From the NCBI GenBank assembly GCA_003731685.1, contig RCNO01000005.1, forward strand, positions 980 through 64,979: a DNA stretch of 64,000 nucleotides, read 5' to 3'. The number at the start of each line of letters is the position of its first letter. The stretch's first letter is position 1. Made by a program: the position numbers and the translations under genes. The notes beneath the pieces are model-generated. The model did not search any database. It was not told the origin of the DNA and saw only the letters and a program-made list of their open reading frames with translations. This document shows, piece by piece, positions 40,245-50,335 of this stretch. The DNA is from Bacteroidetes/Chlorobi group bacterium MS-B_bin-24. GTDB taxonomy: Bacteria; Bacteroidota; Ignavibacteria; Kapaibacteriales; UBA2268.

Positions 40245-43200
40245 CTAATCTTCGATTTTCGGAATACGACCGGGCGTCCATGGCGAGCCGAGCCGGTCAA
40301 GTTCCTTTTCGAATTCGGGAATGTCAACTTCAACAATTCGTTTAAGAGCATTCAGAACTTGCTTCAATTCGTCTTTCGCAATTTCATAAGACTTCTTTTG
40401 TGTTTCAGTTGGTTCCTGTGTGGTAGCCCATAAGCCCCAAAGGATATAATTCAATCGGTCGATAATGGAAGGTGGTTGATTTTCGTTCAAGCGTGCAAGT
40501 GTTTGATTGCCCGAGAGCCGGATTTTCAGAATGTCGAGTGCATACCCAATATCCCGCAATCGATTTAACATTGCATCATCATATTTCAAAGACGAAAGGA
40601 ACGCATTTTTCAAAATTTGGATTTTCTTTGAAGTTTCGTTGAGCAAAGAATTAGTTCCCATAACGGCGTTTTGAAGTTTTGCAGTCTTTTGGCGAAAAGC
40701 TTCCAATTGTGCTAAATCTTTTGGCGGCAAGGTAAGGTTATTTAGCAATTTGCATTCAAATTCAACTGGTGCTGTTAGGGGAGAGATTTTCCCATCCACA
40801 CTCTTAAAGATTTGGACTTTGTATTTTCCGGGAACGACTGCCATTCCCGAATTCTTGTTCAAATTGGTTGTATCCGAAATGGGCTCGGTATTGGGATACC
40901 TTAAATCCCAAGTAATTCTATTAAAACCACGAGAAGGTGGAGCGGTAAGTGTGCGAACAATGTTCCCTTCGGAGTCGTAAATTTTGAACAACAATTGCGG
41001 CTTTTGCTCTAAATCCTCGGCAGTTAGTTCTTCGAAAGGTGGATAGTAAACAGGCTTGCCCGATTTTTCGAGTTCCTTTTCCCTTTCTTTGCGAATTTGC
41101 TTTCGTGTCTTGATTTCATCTTTAAGGTAGAAAGTAAAAGTTGCACCGAAGGGTGGATTTTCCGCTCTCCAAAATGAGCTACCAAGGTCTTCTTTCTTCT
41201 TCGATTCGTCTTCATTATAAATCAAAGCAGGTTTGATTGGGAAAATAATCGCTTCTTTTGCCAAAACACTGTCGGAGAGATTTCGAAGGAAAGAAATGTC
41301 ATCCAGAATATATATTCCTCGTCCAAAAGTGCCCACAATAAGGTCGTTTTCACGCTTCTGAATATCAAGGTCTCGTACTGCAATTGTTGGGAAATTACCT
41401 GTAACCTTGTTCCATTGCCTCCCTTGATTTGTGGAAACGAAAAGCCCGAACTCGGTTCCAACGAAAAGAAGATTTGGGTCGACAAAGTCTTCGATAATGG
41501 TATACACAGAGCCATTCTGCGGGAGATTTGAACTAATTGATTCCCAAGTTTGACCCAAATCTGTTGATTTAAGGACATAGGGTTTGAAGTCGGCGTTTTT
41601 GTGGTTATCGAAAGTTGCATAGATTACATTTGGATTATGGTTAGAAGTATAAACATCGCTAACGTAAGTAGTTTCGGGCACGGTTGGGAACTTCTCTATT
41701 TTTCTCCAAGTGTTCCCTCCATCGGTAGTAATTTGAATTAAGCCATCATCGGTGCCAACAACGAGCAAATTCTCGTTGATTGGAGATTCAGAAAGTGCAA
41801 CAATATTCCCATAGAATGAAGTCGAAGCATTTTTTGCAACAGCATCGGGACCCCAAACCTTGCCCATAACTGGTAGTTTGTTCCTATCGATTTGCCGGGT
41901 CAGGTCGCCGCTGATTGCTCGCCAACTTTGGCCACGGTCGTCGCTACGGAAAACTTTGTTTGCGGCTATGTATAATCTTGTAGGAGAATGTTTACTTAAA
42001 AGGAGAGGAGTATCCCAGTTCCAGCGTAAAGCTTCGTTTTTTTCGGGCTGTGGTTGAATATAGAACACTTCGCCACTTTTTCTGTCGTAGCGAATTAGAT
42101 TCCCATATTGCCACATTGCGTAAACGATATTTGGATTTTCGGGGTCGACTTTAGCTTGGTAGCCATCGCCTCCGACAACGAGGAACCAGTCTTCGTTTGT
42201 GATTCCGCCACTCGAAGTAGTTCGCGATGGACCTCCCCAAGTATTATTATCCTGTGTTCCACCGTAAACAAAATAAAATGGCTGTGAATTATCGCAAGAA
42301 ATTCGATAGAATTGTCCAGTTGGCAAATTTGCAAAGAAACGCCAAGTGGAGCCATTGTCGAATGTTTCGTATAAGCCACCGTCGCCGCCAACCATAAAGT
42401 GGCGAGTATTGTCCGGGTCAATCCAAACGACGTGGTCATCAACGTGCCGGTTGTTGTTTGGAACAATCTTTAATGTTTTACCACCATCTTCGGTAACTCG
42501 AAGGTAAGTGTCGATAAAGAAAACTCTGTCGGGGTTTTGGGGGTCGCAAAAAACTTCGTGGTAATATTGAGCAGAGCCCGAGAACCAAGAGTTTCGCTTT
42601 TCCCAAGAAGCTCCGCGGTCTGTTGAGCGATAAATTCCACCTTTGCCTTCGTTACCTTCGATAATTGCATAGATGTAGTCGGGATTGGCTGGGGAAATGC
42701 CCAAGCCTATTCGACCAAGGTCGCCGCTTGGGAGTCCGTTTGGCAACTTTTCCCAGTTCTTGCCACCATCGGTTGTTTTGTAAATTGCAGCCTCGGGTCC
42801 GCCATTAATCAATGTCCAAACGTGCCTTCGCCTTTGATACGAAGCGCAGTAGAGGACATCGGGATTCCGGGGGTCCATCACGACGTCGGTTACCCCTGTG
42901 TTTTCGCTGATTTTAAGAACAGCTTCCCAAGTTTTCCCGCCGTCGGTGGTTTTGTATAAGCCACGGTCTCCACCGGGTCCCCAGAGTGGACCTTGCGCAG
43001 CAACATAAACAATGTCGGAATTAGTTGGGTGTATTACGATTTTCCCGATGTGTTCGGAATTTTTCAGCCCGACATTTTTCCAAGTTTTGCCACCATCGGT
43101 GGATTTATAAACACCATCGCCCCAAGACACGCTCCTTTGGCTATTATTTTCGCCAGTGCCAACCCAAACAACGAATGGGTTGTTTGGGTCCAAAGCAATA

Positions 43201-43511
43201 CAACCAATCGAGAATGAACCTTCTTTGTCGAAAATAGGTGTGAAAGTTGTGCCAGCGTTTGTGGTTTTCCAAACACCACCCGAAGCAAAAGTTACATAAA
43301 ATTCTTGTTTGTTCTTTGGATTAACTGCAAGGTCGGAAACTCTTCCGCCGAAAACTGCGGGTCCGAGAAGCCGAAGTTTGATGTTGCTTAAATCGAGTTC
43401 GGTTGGCTTGGTTTCTTGTTGATTTTTCTTTTCAGGAGTTTTGCCAAAAGAAATTGAGACAAAAGCAAAACAAAGCAGAAAAATTCCTAAAAAAAACTTA
43501 ATCTTTGTCAT
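40245..43511 (-). CDS. BNR/Asp-box repeat, sortilin (VPS10)-like beta-propeller protein
   Basis: 1088 aa with a signal peptide. Many S-x-D-x-G-x-T-W boxes are present (KSTDGGKTW, KTTDGGKTW, KTTDGGKNW, RSTDRGASW, TEDGGKTL, TTDGGNTW, KSTDLGQTW). Confidence 0.8.
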   Translation of the reverse strand: MTKIKFFLGIFLLCFAFVSISFGKTPEKKNQQETKPTELDLSNIKLRLLGPAVFGGRVSDLAVNPKNKQEFYVTFASGGVWKTTNAGTTFTPIFDKEGSFSIGCIALDPNNPFVVWVGTGENNSQRSVSWGDGVYKSTDGGKTWKNVGLKNSEHIGKIVIHPTNSDIVYVAAQGPLWGPGGDRGLYKTTDGGKTWEAVLKISENTGVTDVVMDPRNPDVLYCASYQRRRHVWTLINGGPEAAIYKTTDGGKNWEKLPNGLPSGDLGRIGLGISPANPDYIYAIIEGNEGKGGIYRSTDRGASWEKRNSWFSGSAQYYHEVFCDPQNPDRVFFIDTYLRVTEDGGKTLKIVPNNNRHVDDHVVWIDPDNTRHFMVGGDGGLYETFDNGSTWRFFANLPTGQFYRISCDNSQPFYFVYGGTQDNNTWGGPSRTTSSGGITNEDWFLVVGGDGYQAKVDPENPNIVYAMWQYGNLIRYDRKSGEVFYIQPQPEKNEALRWNWDTPLLLSKHSPTRLYIAANKVFRSDDRGQSWRAISGDLTRQIDRNKLPVMGKVWGPDAVAKNASTSFYGNIVALSESPINENLLVVGTDDGLIQITTDGGNTWRKIEKFPTVPETTYVSDVYTSNHNPNVIYATFDNHKNADFKPYVLKSTDLGQTWESISSNLPQNGSVYTIIEDFVDPNLLFVGTEFGLFVSTNQGRQWNKVTGNFPTIAVRDLDIQKRENDLIVGTFGRGIYILDDISFLRNLSDSVLAKEAIIFPIKPALIYNEDESKKKEDLGSSFWRAENPPFGATFTFYLKDEIKTRKQIRKEREKELEKSGKPVYYPPFEELTAEDLEQKPQLLFKIYDSEGNIVRTLTAPPSRGFNRITWDLRYPNTEPISDTTNLNKNSGMAVVPGKYKVQIFKSVDGKISPLTAPVEFECKLLNNLTLPPKDLAQLEAFRQKTAKLQNAVMGTNSLLNETSKKIQILKNAFLSSLKYDDAMLNRLRDIGYALDILKIRLSGNQTLARLNENQPPSIIDRLNYILWGLWATTQEPTETQKKSYEIAKDELKQVLNALKRIVEVDIPEFEKELDRLGSPWTPGRIPKIED

Positions 43512-43591
43512 ATTTCCCTAAAATTTTGTTAAATAAAATAATTAAATTATAATTTTTCCGTTTATTTTTATACATATTTTTTAAGAAAGAA

Positions 43592-45205
43592 GTGGCGTCG
43601 AGATTACCATTAAGAACGAAGCTATCATTTTGGTATGGAATTATTGTTGCCTTAACACTTTTAGCCTATGGTTCCTATACCTACTTTTCTGTGTACAATG
43701 AACTTCACAGGAGCCTCGACGCTTCGATTTCCAAGGTTGTTGCCTCGCTCGATGTCATAATTTCGAAAAGCCAATCCGATTTGAAAAATATCAAAAGCCG
43801 TCCTTTCCAAAGAAATTACCAAGACAAGCTTGCTTTGCTCAAAGAATTGGAAGAGATGAGATTTGTTGGTCCAATTAGGCCAACAGTGCAAAGGGAAAAA
43901 CTTGTCGAAGAAGACCTTGGGGAAATATGGTCTGCTGTTTACGAGCATATATTGTTGAATCCCAAGAATTTCTTTGTGCAGATTGCCGATACGAACAACA
44001 ACATTATCTGGCGGTCTCAAAATCTTCAAAACGACACACTTCCAACTTTCTTGGGGTTTTCGACCCTGACCCACTTCGATACAATTTATGTTCCAATGAA
44101 ATCCCAAACCCAAGATTCAGTGCTTAGATTGGCTTTGGAACAGCCGCCTGTCTTCAAACTCGATTCAATTTTGATTACAACGAAGGTATTGAACACAGAC
44201 ATTCGTTTGATGATTAAACGGACAAGCCGAGCAGTAATTTCCGTTGGTTATGTTCTAAACGATTTGCGGTTGACCTTGAACAGATTGTTTATGATTCAAC
44301 TTGTAGCCCTGCCGTTTATCCTTGTTATCTCGATTGCTGGGGGATGGATTCTTTCATCAATTTCCTTGAAACCAATTGACCAGATTGCAAAAACTGCGGA
44401 CGAAATAACGGCGAAGAACCTAAGCCTTCGCCTTCCTACAATCCCGACCAACGATGAAGTTGGACACTTAACACGAACTTTGAACAGGATGATTGAGCGG
44501 CTGGAGCAGGCATTCAACCAAGTGAAAAAGTTTGCTTCCGATGCTTCGCACGAACTACGTACCCCGTTAACGATTTTGCAGGGGGAATTGGAAATTGCTC
44601 TGCATTCGCGTCGTACTCCCGAAGAATACGAAGAAATCCTAATTAGTGCACTCGAAGAAGTAGGCAGACTTTCCAACATTGTTGAATCGATTTTGGAGCT
44701 TTCGCGTGCAGAAACTGGTCAAATCCCATTGAACCTAAAATTGGAGAACATTTCGAAAATTGCCGAAGAAGTTGCACAAGATATTTCAATAATTGCTGAA
44801 CAAAAGAACATTACCATCACCAAGAGCATAGAGCCCGATATTATTGTTCCAATCGACCCGCCACGCATCCACCAAGTTCTGTTGAATTTGCTCGACAATG
44901 CGACAAAATACACCCCAAAAGGTGGGAACATCAAACTTGTCGTTCAGAAAAATACCGATTTCGTCGAGATGGTTGTCGAAGACAATGGAATTGGAATTCC
45001 AAAGGACGAGCTCGAACATATATTCGACCGAATGTATCGTGCGAGCAAAACCGAAACCAATGGCATTAAGGGATTTGGACTGGGCTTGTCCATAGTGAAA
45101 TGGATTGTCGAAGCCCATCACGGCGAAATTGAAGTCGAAAGCGAAGTCAACAAATTCACCCGCTTCACCATCAAACTCCCCCTCGAACCCGAAACCGAAG
45201 AGTAA
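43592..45205 (+). CDS. sensor histidine kinase (two TM segments, HAMP, HisKA, HATPase_c)
   Basis: 537 aa with a GTG start. The H-box is FASDASHELRTPLT, the N-box is LLNLLDNATKYTP, and the G-boxes are DNGIGIP and GFGLGLSIV. Confidence 0.92.
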   Translation: MASRLPLRTKLSFWYGIIVALTLLAYGSYTYFSVYNELHRSLDASISKVVASLDVIISKSQSDLKNIKSRPFQRNYQDKLALLKELEEMRFVGPIRPTVQREKLVEEDLGEIWSAVYEHILLNPKNFFVQIADTNNNIIWRSQNLQNDTLPTFLGFSTLTHFDTIYVPMKSQTQDSVLRLALEQPPVFKLDSILITTKVLNTDIRLMIKRTSRAVISVGYVLNDLRLTLNRLFMIQLVALPFILVISIAGGWILSSISLKPIDQIAKTADEITAKNLSLRLPTIPTNDEVGHLTRTLNRMIERLEQAFNQVKKFASDASHELRTPLTILQGELEIALHSRRTPEEYEEILISALEEVGRLSNIVESILELSRAETGQIPLNLKLENISKIAEEVAQDISIIAEQKNITITKSIEPDIIVPIDPPRIHQVLLNLLDNATKYTPKGGNIKLVVQKNTDFVEMVVEDNGIGIPKDELEHIFDRMYRASKTETNGIKGFGLGLSIVKWIVEAHHGEIEVESEVNKFTRFTIKLPLEPETEE

Positions 45206-45305
45206 GCCACCCCCAGTGGAAAGAACAGAGGGAGCAAAGCGGGAAAGGGTAAAAAAATGAAACAAAGGTAAAAATTAACTTTCCTCCGCCCTTGCTTTTG
45301 CCATC

Positions 45306-46109
45306 CTACGGAATACGCTTTTTAAACTCTTGGTATTTTTGGGAAAAGAGATTGTCTTCGGTGGGTGGGGGGAGTTTGTCGGCGGAAATCTTGGCGTTCA
45401 ACTTGTCGATTCTGTCTTGGCTCAATGGGTGGGTGGATAGCAAAACTTGGAGGAATGAACTGCCCTCGTTCTGTTTTATCTTATCGAAAAAGAAAATCAG
45501 GGCACCAGGATACCACTTTGTGGATTTTAAATACTCGTAGGCGTAGCTATCGGCTTCGTATTCGTCGTCGCGGCTATTTTTCAGGAATGCCAAGCCGGTG
45601 AGCAGATTTGCAGCAATTTCAACTGTTTTGTCGGGGTTTTTGCCCAACACAATGTCCAGCAATATTCCGACCCCGTAGGCTTTTGTCAGCCGTTGGGTGG
45701 CGTGGCGGCGTTCGCAGTGGGCTATTTCGTGGGCAAGCACCCCTGCCAAAGTTGCTTCGTTGTCGATGAATTTGAGCAAGCCAGTATAAACATAAATATA
45801 GCCGCCAGGAACTGCAAAGGCATTCACTTCATTATCGTTCCGAATGACTGTAACTTGATATTTGAATGTGTTACGGTACTTGATTTTGGGCGAAAGAATT
45901 ATCTGGTCGACAATTCCCTGACAGTAACTTGTTACGTCCGGGTTGTTCAAAATAGGATAGTCTTTCGGGTTGCTCGCAATTTGAGATTGTAATTGCAAAC
46001 CAAGCTGGACATCATCTTCGGGAGTGAAAAGATTGACGCCATCTTCGCAACCCAGAAGAAATACAATACTAAACAAAAATATGCCTAAAAAATAACGAAC
46101 CTTTCCCAT
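45306..46109 (-). CDS. M48-family zinc metallopeptidase lipoprotein
   Basis: HEIAHCERRH (HExxH). The lipobox is FLLGC after MGKVRYFLGIFLFSIV. An alternative GTG start lies at 46133. Confidence 0.8.
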   Translation of the reverse strand: MGKVRYFLGIFLFSIVFLLGCEDGVNLFTPEDDVQLGLQLQSQIASNPKDYPILNNPDVTSYCQGIVDQIILSPKIKYRNTFKYQVTVIRNDNEVNAFAVPGGYIYVYTGLLKFIDNEATLAGVLAHEIAHCERRHATQRLTKAYGVGILLDIVLGKNPDKTVEIAANLLTGLAFLKNSRDDEYEADSYAYEYLKSTKWYPGALIFFFDKIKQNEGSSFLQVLLSTHPLSQDRIDKLNAKISADKLPPPTEDNLFSQKYQEFKKRIP

Positions 46110-46272
46110 TGGATTAAAAAATTTACCCACCACAAAAAGAAAATTAATAAAATTTTGAAAAAAATAGATTATAAGTTCGTTATTAGTAAAAAAGAAATCA
46201 AAAAAAGTCGAGCACCGAGCGAAATAAAATCAAAGCGAAGAAAATTCGTAAATACTTTTTTCTGAATGTAAA

Positions 46273-46866
46273 ATGATAGAATACGTTACTTGCTTTTGTG
46301 CATCGAGCAACAGGGTCGATAAATATTATCTTGACTCGGCATATGAACTTGGGGAGATTCTTGCCCGCAACCACAAGACCGTATTCTACGGCGGTGGTAA
46401 AGTTGGATTGATGGGTCGCCTTGCTCAAGGTGTTCTGGATAACAAAGGACAAATCATAGGTGTCATCCCAAAGTTTATGCAAAAATACGAACTCGGTCAT
46501 AATGGAATCACCCGCCTGATTGAAGTCGAAACAATGCACCAGCGTGAAGAGATTATGATTTCCCGTGCCGATTGTATTGTTGCATTGCCCGGTGGTTGCG
46601 GAACTTTCGAGGAACTTCTTCAAGCAATAACTTGGAAGCGGTTGAAAATTATTTCTGCTCCGATTATTATTGTTAATTTGAAAAAGTATTACAACCCCTT
46701 GATACAACAATTGAACAAAGCAGTGGACGAGAATTTTATGCGAACCGAACACCGCCAACTTTGGGAAGTTGCCGAAAGCATTCCCGAAGTTTACGATTTA
46801 ATTCGTGCATACGATAGCAATTCACGGCAAATTCGGATAATCGATGTCCAGCCAAATGTAACTTGA
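46273..46866 (+). CDS. LOG-family (TIGR00730) nucleotide phosphoribohydrolase
   Basis: 197 aa. Motifs YGGGKVGLMG and ALPGGCGTFEEL. Confidence 0.88.
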   Translation: MIEYVTCFCASSNRVDKYYLDSAYELGEILARNHKTVFYGGGKVGLMGRLAQGVLDNKGQIIGVIPKFMQKYELGHNGITRLIEVETMHQREEIMISRADCIVALPGGCGTFEELLQAITWKRLKIISAPIIIVNLKKYYNPLIQQLNKAVDENFMRTEHRQLWEVAESIPEVYDLIRAYDSNSRQIRIIDVQPNVT

Positions 46867-46923
46867 TTGCAACTTGTTGCCTTCCGTTTCGTAATTTTGC
46901 TTTGGCTTTCTTATTCGAATAGG

Positions 46924-49707
46924 ATGAATCAGATTTCTGCGAAACATTTTCGCTGGATACTTATTGCAATTTCAACTGCTTTTGCATTCGCAGGCATTTC
47001 TTATCAAATTCAAAAATATAAATTCACAAAAGATGAAAAAATCTTGGTCGACCCACCTTCGAAGATAATGGTTTTGGATTCGATAAGTAGTGTGTTCCCA
47101 CAAAAGGAAGACCCAATCCCCAAAGGAAGTTTAATTATCGAAATAGATAAAAAAATTATTCAAGATTCAGAGTCAATAGAATCTGTTTTATCGACAGACA
47201 AAAGCGTCCTTGAAGTAAAATTTTTCGATTGCAAGAAAAATTTAACCCGAACTATACTTGCCAATATTGGCGAACTCAAAAAAGCAAGATTTTATCGTTT
47301 GAAGTCCTGTGCAATTGTCTATCGTTTCGGCAAAGATGAACGAAGCAATGTTGAAATTCTAGCATCGGGGGACTTGTTGGTAAAAATCAATGGAAAAGAA
47401 TTTGGGAGTTCACGCGATGCAGAATTGCTGATTGAAAATGCCCCTGCGAATGTTCCACTGGAGATTGAATTTCTCCGCTGTGGAAACCTGCAAAAATCGG
47501 TAATTTACCCCACTAAATATCAAATTGGTTTTTCGACCTCGCTTCGCTATTTTACTGCCATTCTTTTCTTTGTGTTCGGATTGTTCTTTGGTTTGCGATA
47601 CTCAAATCACTTTCCTGTAAAATTAATTAGCCTTGCTTTTGTGTTTCTGTCCTTTGTTTTTCTCGACCCTTCTACAAGTAGAACGGATTCGACCCTGTTA
47701 AACAAAATCTGGACGATTGTCGTTGCATTTTCGAGTGCTTTTGGAGCAGGATTGTTTTCCCATTTCTGTTTTTACTTCCCTGTTCGGCAGAAAAACATAC
47801 TTTCCCGCCGATGGGTTTTTCTTTCGAATTATGCACTTTCGGGAGTGCTTTTAATATTATTCCTTGAATTGTCTGTTAAAAATTCTTTCCATTTCAAAAG
47901 CTTTTATGCCTATGCTACATTCATTGCTATTTTTGTCTATCATTATGCTATCAGATTGGCTTTTTGGAAACAATTTAACAGGGATAAGTCGAAAAGTTTT
48001 AGATTTTTCTTCTATTACATAAATTTACTTTTGCTTTTGCTTATTCTCAATCTTTTCTACAGCGAATTCTTTCATATTCAAAGAATTAACATTAACGCAT
48101 TGCTCTATTTATTTTGTGTCTTACTTCCCTTTGTTTTGTCCTATTATCTTCTCAAGTATAGGTATTACGATATTGTCATTAGTGTTAGGCGAAATTATCT
48201 TTATCTTACTACAAAATTCCTTCTCGATTTGGTTTTGTTTCTTGCCGTAGCAGGCTTGCTTTATCTTTCGACAATTATTTCAATAAAGTTTCCAAACTTA
48301 CATCTTGTTGGAACGACTATCGAAGTATTGAATCGCCCTTTGCCTATGGACAAAAATTTTCAATACGAGAAGTTGGCGATAACAATCGGATTCACTTTGT
48401 GTCTTTTTCTGCTACTATCCATCAGAAAGTATTTTGGAAATTACTTGAAGAAGAAGTTTTACCATTCTCAATTCGATTATCGTCGCACCGCTTCGGAACT
48501 TTCGGAACTAATCGTTAGCAACATCGAATTGGAATTATTAGCCAAAAATGTTTTGAGTCAATTAGAAAAGACATTGTTCCCTAAAAAGGCTTTGTTGCTT
48601 ATTTTCAAAAACGGGAGTATATATTTTCAAGATTATTATGGGGATATTGATTCACAAGAAATTGAAAATTTCGTCAAAAATGTTCAATGGTTCGATGCAC
48701 TGAAAAACGTGGACAATTCTTTGGTATATGCCGAAGCCTTGCCCGAGCAATTGAAGGGGCTGCTAATAAGTTGTGGATTCAACATAATTGTTTCAATACG
48801 ACACGGGAATGAATTAGTCGGGGCATTATTCGTTGGCGAAAAGCTTTCGGAGGCAAAATTTACAATCGATGACATCGAATACTTAAACATAATTTGCAAA
48901 AATATTGCAATTGCTATTGTTAATGCTTTCTACGCAGAAGAACTTGCCCGACGTGAACGCTACAAGAAGGAAATCGAAATTGCCCAGAGAATACAATTTG
49001 CACTCCTTCCCAAAGAGATGCCCCAAATTGAATCGATGGAAATATCGGCAGTAACAATTCCAGCACTGGAAGTTGGCGGTGATTTCTTCGATTTCCTGAA
49101 TTCTGATAAAAACCAGTTTCGTGTTGTGGTAGGAGATGTTAGTGGCAAAGGAGTTTCCGCTGCATTTTATATGTCCCAAATTCAAGGCATACTTCGGACA
49201 TTAAGCGGATTCGATTTTTCGTTGAAAGAATTGCTTGCCCGAGCCAACGATATGCTTTGTAGGTCGATTGAAAAGGGTTATTTTATCTCTGCAATTGTGT
49301 GTAACTTCGACTTGAAAAATTCGGTAGTTTCTTTGGCTCGGGCAGGGCATTTGGGTTTATACTATTTTAACAATATGGAAAACAAATCAACGAAAATAGT
49401 ACCAAAAGGAATTGCATTAGGAATTGTTCAAAACGAGATGTTCGAAAAGAATACAGAGGAAGTTGCTTTCCCTTACAACTCGGGCGATATTTTCCTTTTT
49501 GTTAGCGATGGCGTAGTCGAGAAAATTAAAGATGGAAAAGTTGATTTTGCAGAAAATAAAATATTGAGCGTTCTGGAACAATATCATCATTTAACCGCTG
49601 ATGAGATTAAGGAAAAGATTCTTACAGAAATCTGCTTTCCGTTCGAAACAACTTATCTTCGCGATGACATAACAATTTTAGTTGTTAAACCTACTAAAAA
49701 TGGATAA
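46924..49707 (+). CDS. multi-domain membrane sensor phosphatase (periplasmic PDZ-like region, polytopic membrane block, GAF, PP2C/SpoIIE)
   Basis: There are about 10 hydrophobic helices in the middle. The C-terminal SpoIIE-type motifs are VGGDFFDF, VVGDVSGKGVSAAFYMS and FVSDGVVE. ATG 46924 is preferred over TTG 46867. Confidence 0.8.
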   Translation: MNQISAKHFRWILIAISTAFAFAGISYQIQKYKFTKDEKILVDPPSKIMVLDSISSVFPQKEDPIPKGSLIIEIDKKIIQDSESIESVLSTDKSVLEVKFFDCKKNLTRTILANIGELKKARFYRLKSCAIVYRFGKDERSNVEILASGDLLVKINGKEFGSSRDAELLIENAPANVPLEIEFLRCGNLQKSVIYPTKYQIGFSTSLRYFTAILFFVFGLFFGLRYSNHFPVKLISLAFVFLSFVFLDPSTSRTDSTLLNKIWTIVVAFSSAFGAGLFSHFCFYFPVRQKNILSRRWVFLSNYALSGVLLILFLELSVKNSFHFKSFYAYATFIAIFVYHYAIRLAFWKQFNRDKSKSFRFFFYYINLLLLLLILNLFYSEFFHIQRININALLYLFCVLLPFVLSYYLLKYRYYDIVISVRRNYLYLTTKFLLDLVLFLAVAGLLYLSTIISIKFPNLHLVGTTIEVLNRPLPMDKNFQYEKLAITIGFTLCLFLLLSIRKYFGNYLKKKFYHSQFDYRRTASELSELIVSNIELELLAKNVLSQLEKTLFPKKALLLIFKNGSIYFQDYYGDIDSQEIENFVKNVQWFDALKNVDNSLVYAEALPEQLKGLLISCGFNIIVSIRHGNELVGALFVGEKLSEAKFTIDDIEYLNIICKNIAIAIVNAFYAEELARRERYKKEIEIAQRIQFALLPKEMPQIESMEISAVTIPALEVGGDFFDFLNSDKNQFRVVVGDVSGKGVSAAFYMSQIQGILRTLSGFDFSLKELLARANDMLCRSIEKGYFISAIVCNFDLKNSVVSLARAGHLGLYYFNNMENKSTKIVPKGIALGIVQNEMFEKNTEEVAFPYNSGDIFLFVSDGVVEKIKDGKVDFAENKILSVLEQYHHLTADEIKEKILTEICFPFETTYLRDDITILVVKPTKNG

Positions 49708-50056
49708 AAAGGATTTGTATCAAAGAATATTCGACATAGTTAAACAGATACCCGCAGGGAAAGTTACAACCTATGGGCACATTGCCCGAGCGATTGGGGT
49801 CGGTATGTCGGCAAGAATGGTAGGATGGGCGTTGAATTCATTGGCATTCAAAAACACCGAAATTCCTGCCCACAGAGTTGTAAACCGTTTAGGGCTCTTA
49901 ACGGGGAAAAGGTATTTCCCCACACCAGAATATATGAAAGAGCGGCTCGAGTCCGAAGGGGTAACATTTGTTGGCGAGGCTGTTGATTTGGACAAGCACT
50001 TATGGATACCAAAAATTTGCCCCGACGAGGGAAAATTTTCGTTTAAAAAGGAATAA
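49700..50056 (+). CDS. alkyltransferase-like (ATL) protein, MGMT DNA-binding domain without the catalytic Cys
   Basis: VTTYGHIARAIG...SARMVGWAL...IPAHRVVNRLGLLTG. The PCHR active site reads PAHR. The size and the HRVVNR motif resemble E. coli YbaZ. ATG 49700 overlaps the upstream stop. Confidence 0.8.
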   Translation: MDKKDLYQRIFDIVKQIPAGKVTTYGHIARAIGVGMSARMVGWALNSLAFKNTEIPAHRVVNRLGLLTGKRYFPTPEYMKERLESEGVTFVGEAVDLDKHLWIPKICPDEGKFSFKKE

Positions 50057-50149
50057 AGCCATAAACTTGTGAACAATCAGATGTCGAATGTTCCAGATGA
50101 ATTTGACAAATGAAGAATGAAGGGAATGTGGCTCCATTGATAGGTTTAA

Positions 50150-50183
50150 AGAAATTGGATGTTTCGAAAAATCGATTGTTTCT
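50150..50183. repeat. degenerate copy of the 33-bp palindromic repeat
   Basis: AGAaATtGGATGTTT-CGA-AAAaATCGATTGTTTCT. The left arm has 2 mismatches and the right arm has an indel and substitutions. Confidence 0.6.
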
Positions 50184-50191
50184 GTTTCGCC

Positions 50192-50224
50192 AGACATCCG
50201 ATGTTTCGCAAACGCCCGATTTCT
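50192..50224. repeat. degenerate copy of the 33-bp palindromic repeat
   Basis: AGACATCcGATGTTT-CGC-AAACgcCCGATtTCT. It has the same 15-3-15 layout with 4 substitutions. Confidence 0.7.
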
Positions 50225-50335
50225 TTCAAGATAAAGTAAGGGATGGTAACTTCAGATGGAAAATGTATGGTAGATAGTTGCACATTGGACTGTTACTCTT
50301 TGACAAAGCAATTAAGATAACATCCCTGCCGAAAA

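Noticed and set aside
44786-45265. A 159-aa minus-strand ORF, plus similar antisense ORFs at 3082-3612, 10930-11460, 14998-15474, 27715-28158 and 43661-44113.
   Set aside because: All lie inside and opposite to strongly supported conserved genes (the kinase, asnS, lipA, glyQS and hbd). They are most simply shadow ORFs.
46198-46758. A 186-aa minus-strand ORF.
   Set aside because: It is entirely antisense to the well-supported LOG-family gene (motifs GGGKVGLMG, PGGCGTFEEL). It has no motif of its own and is rich in odd residues.
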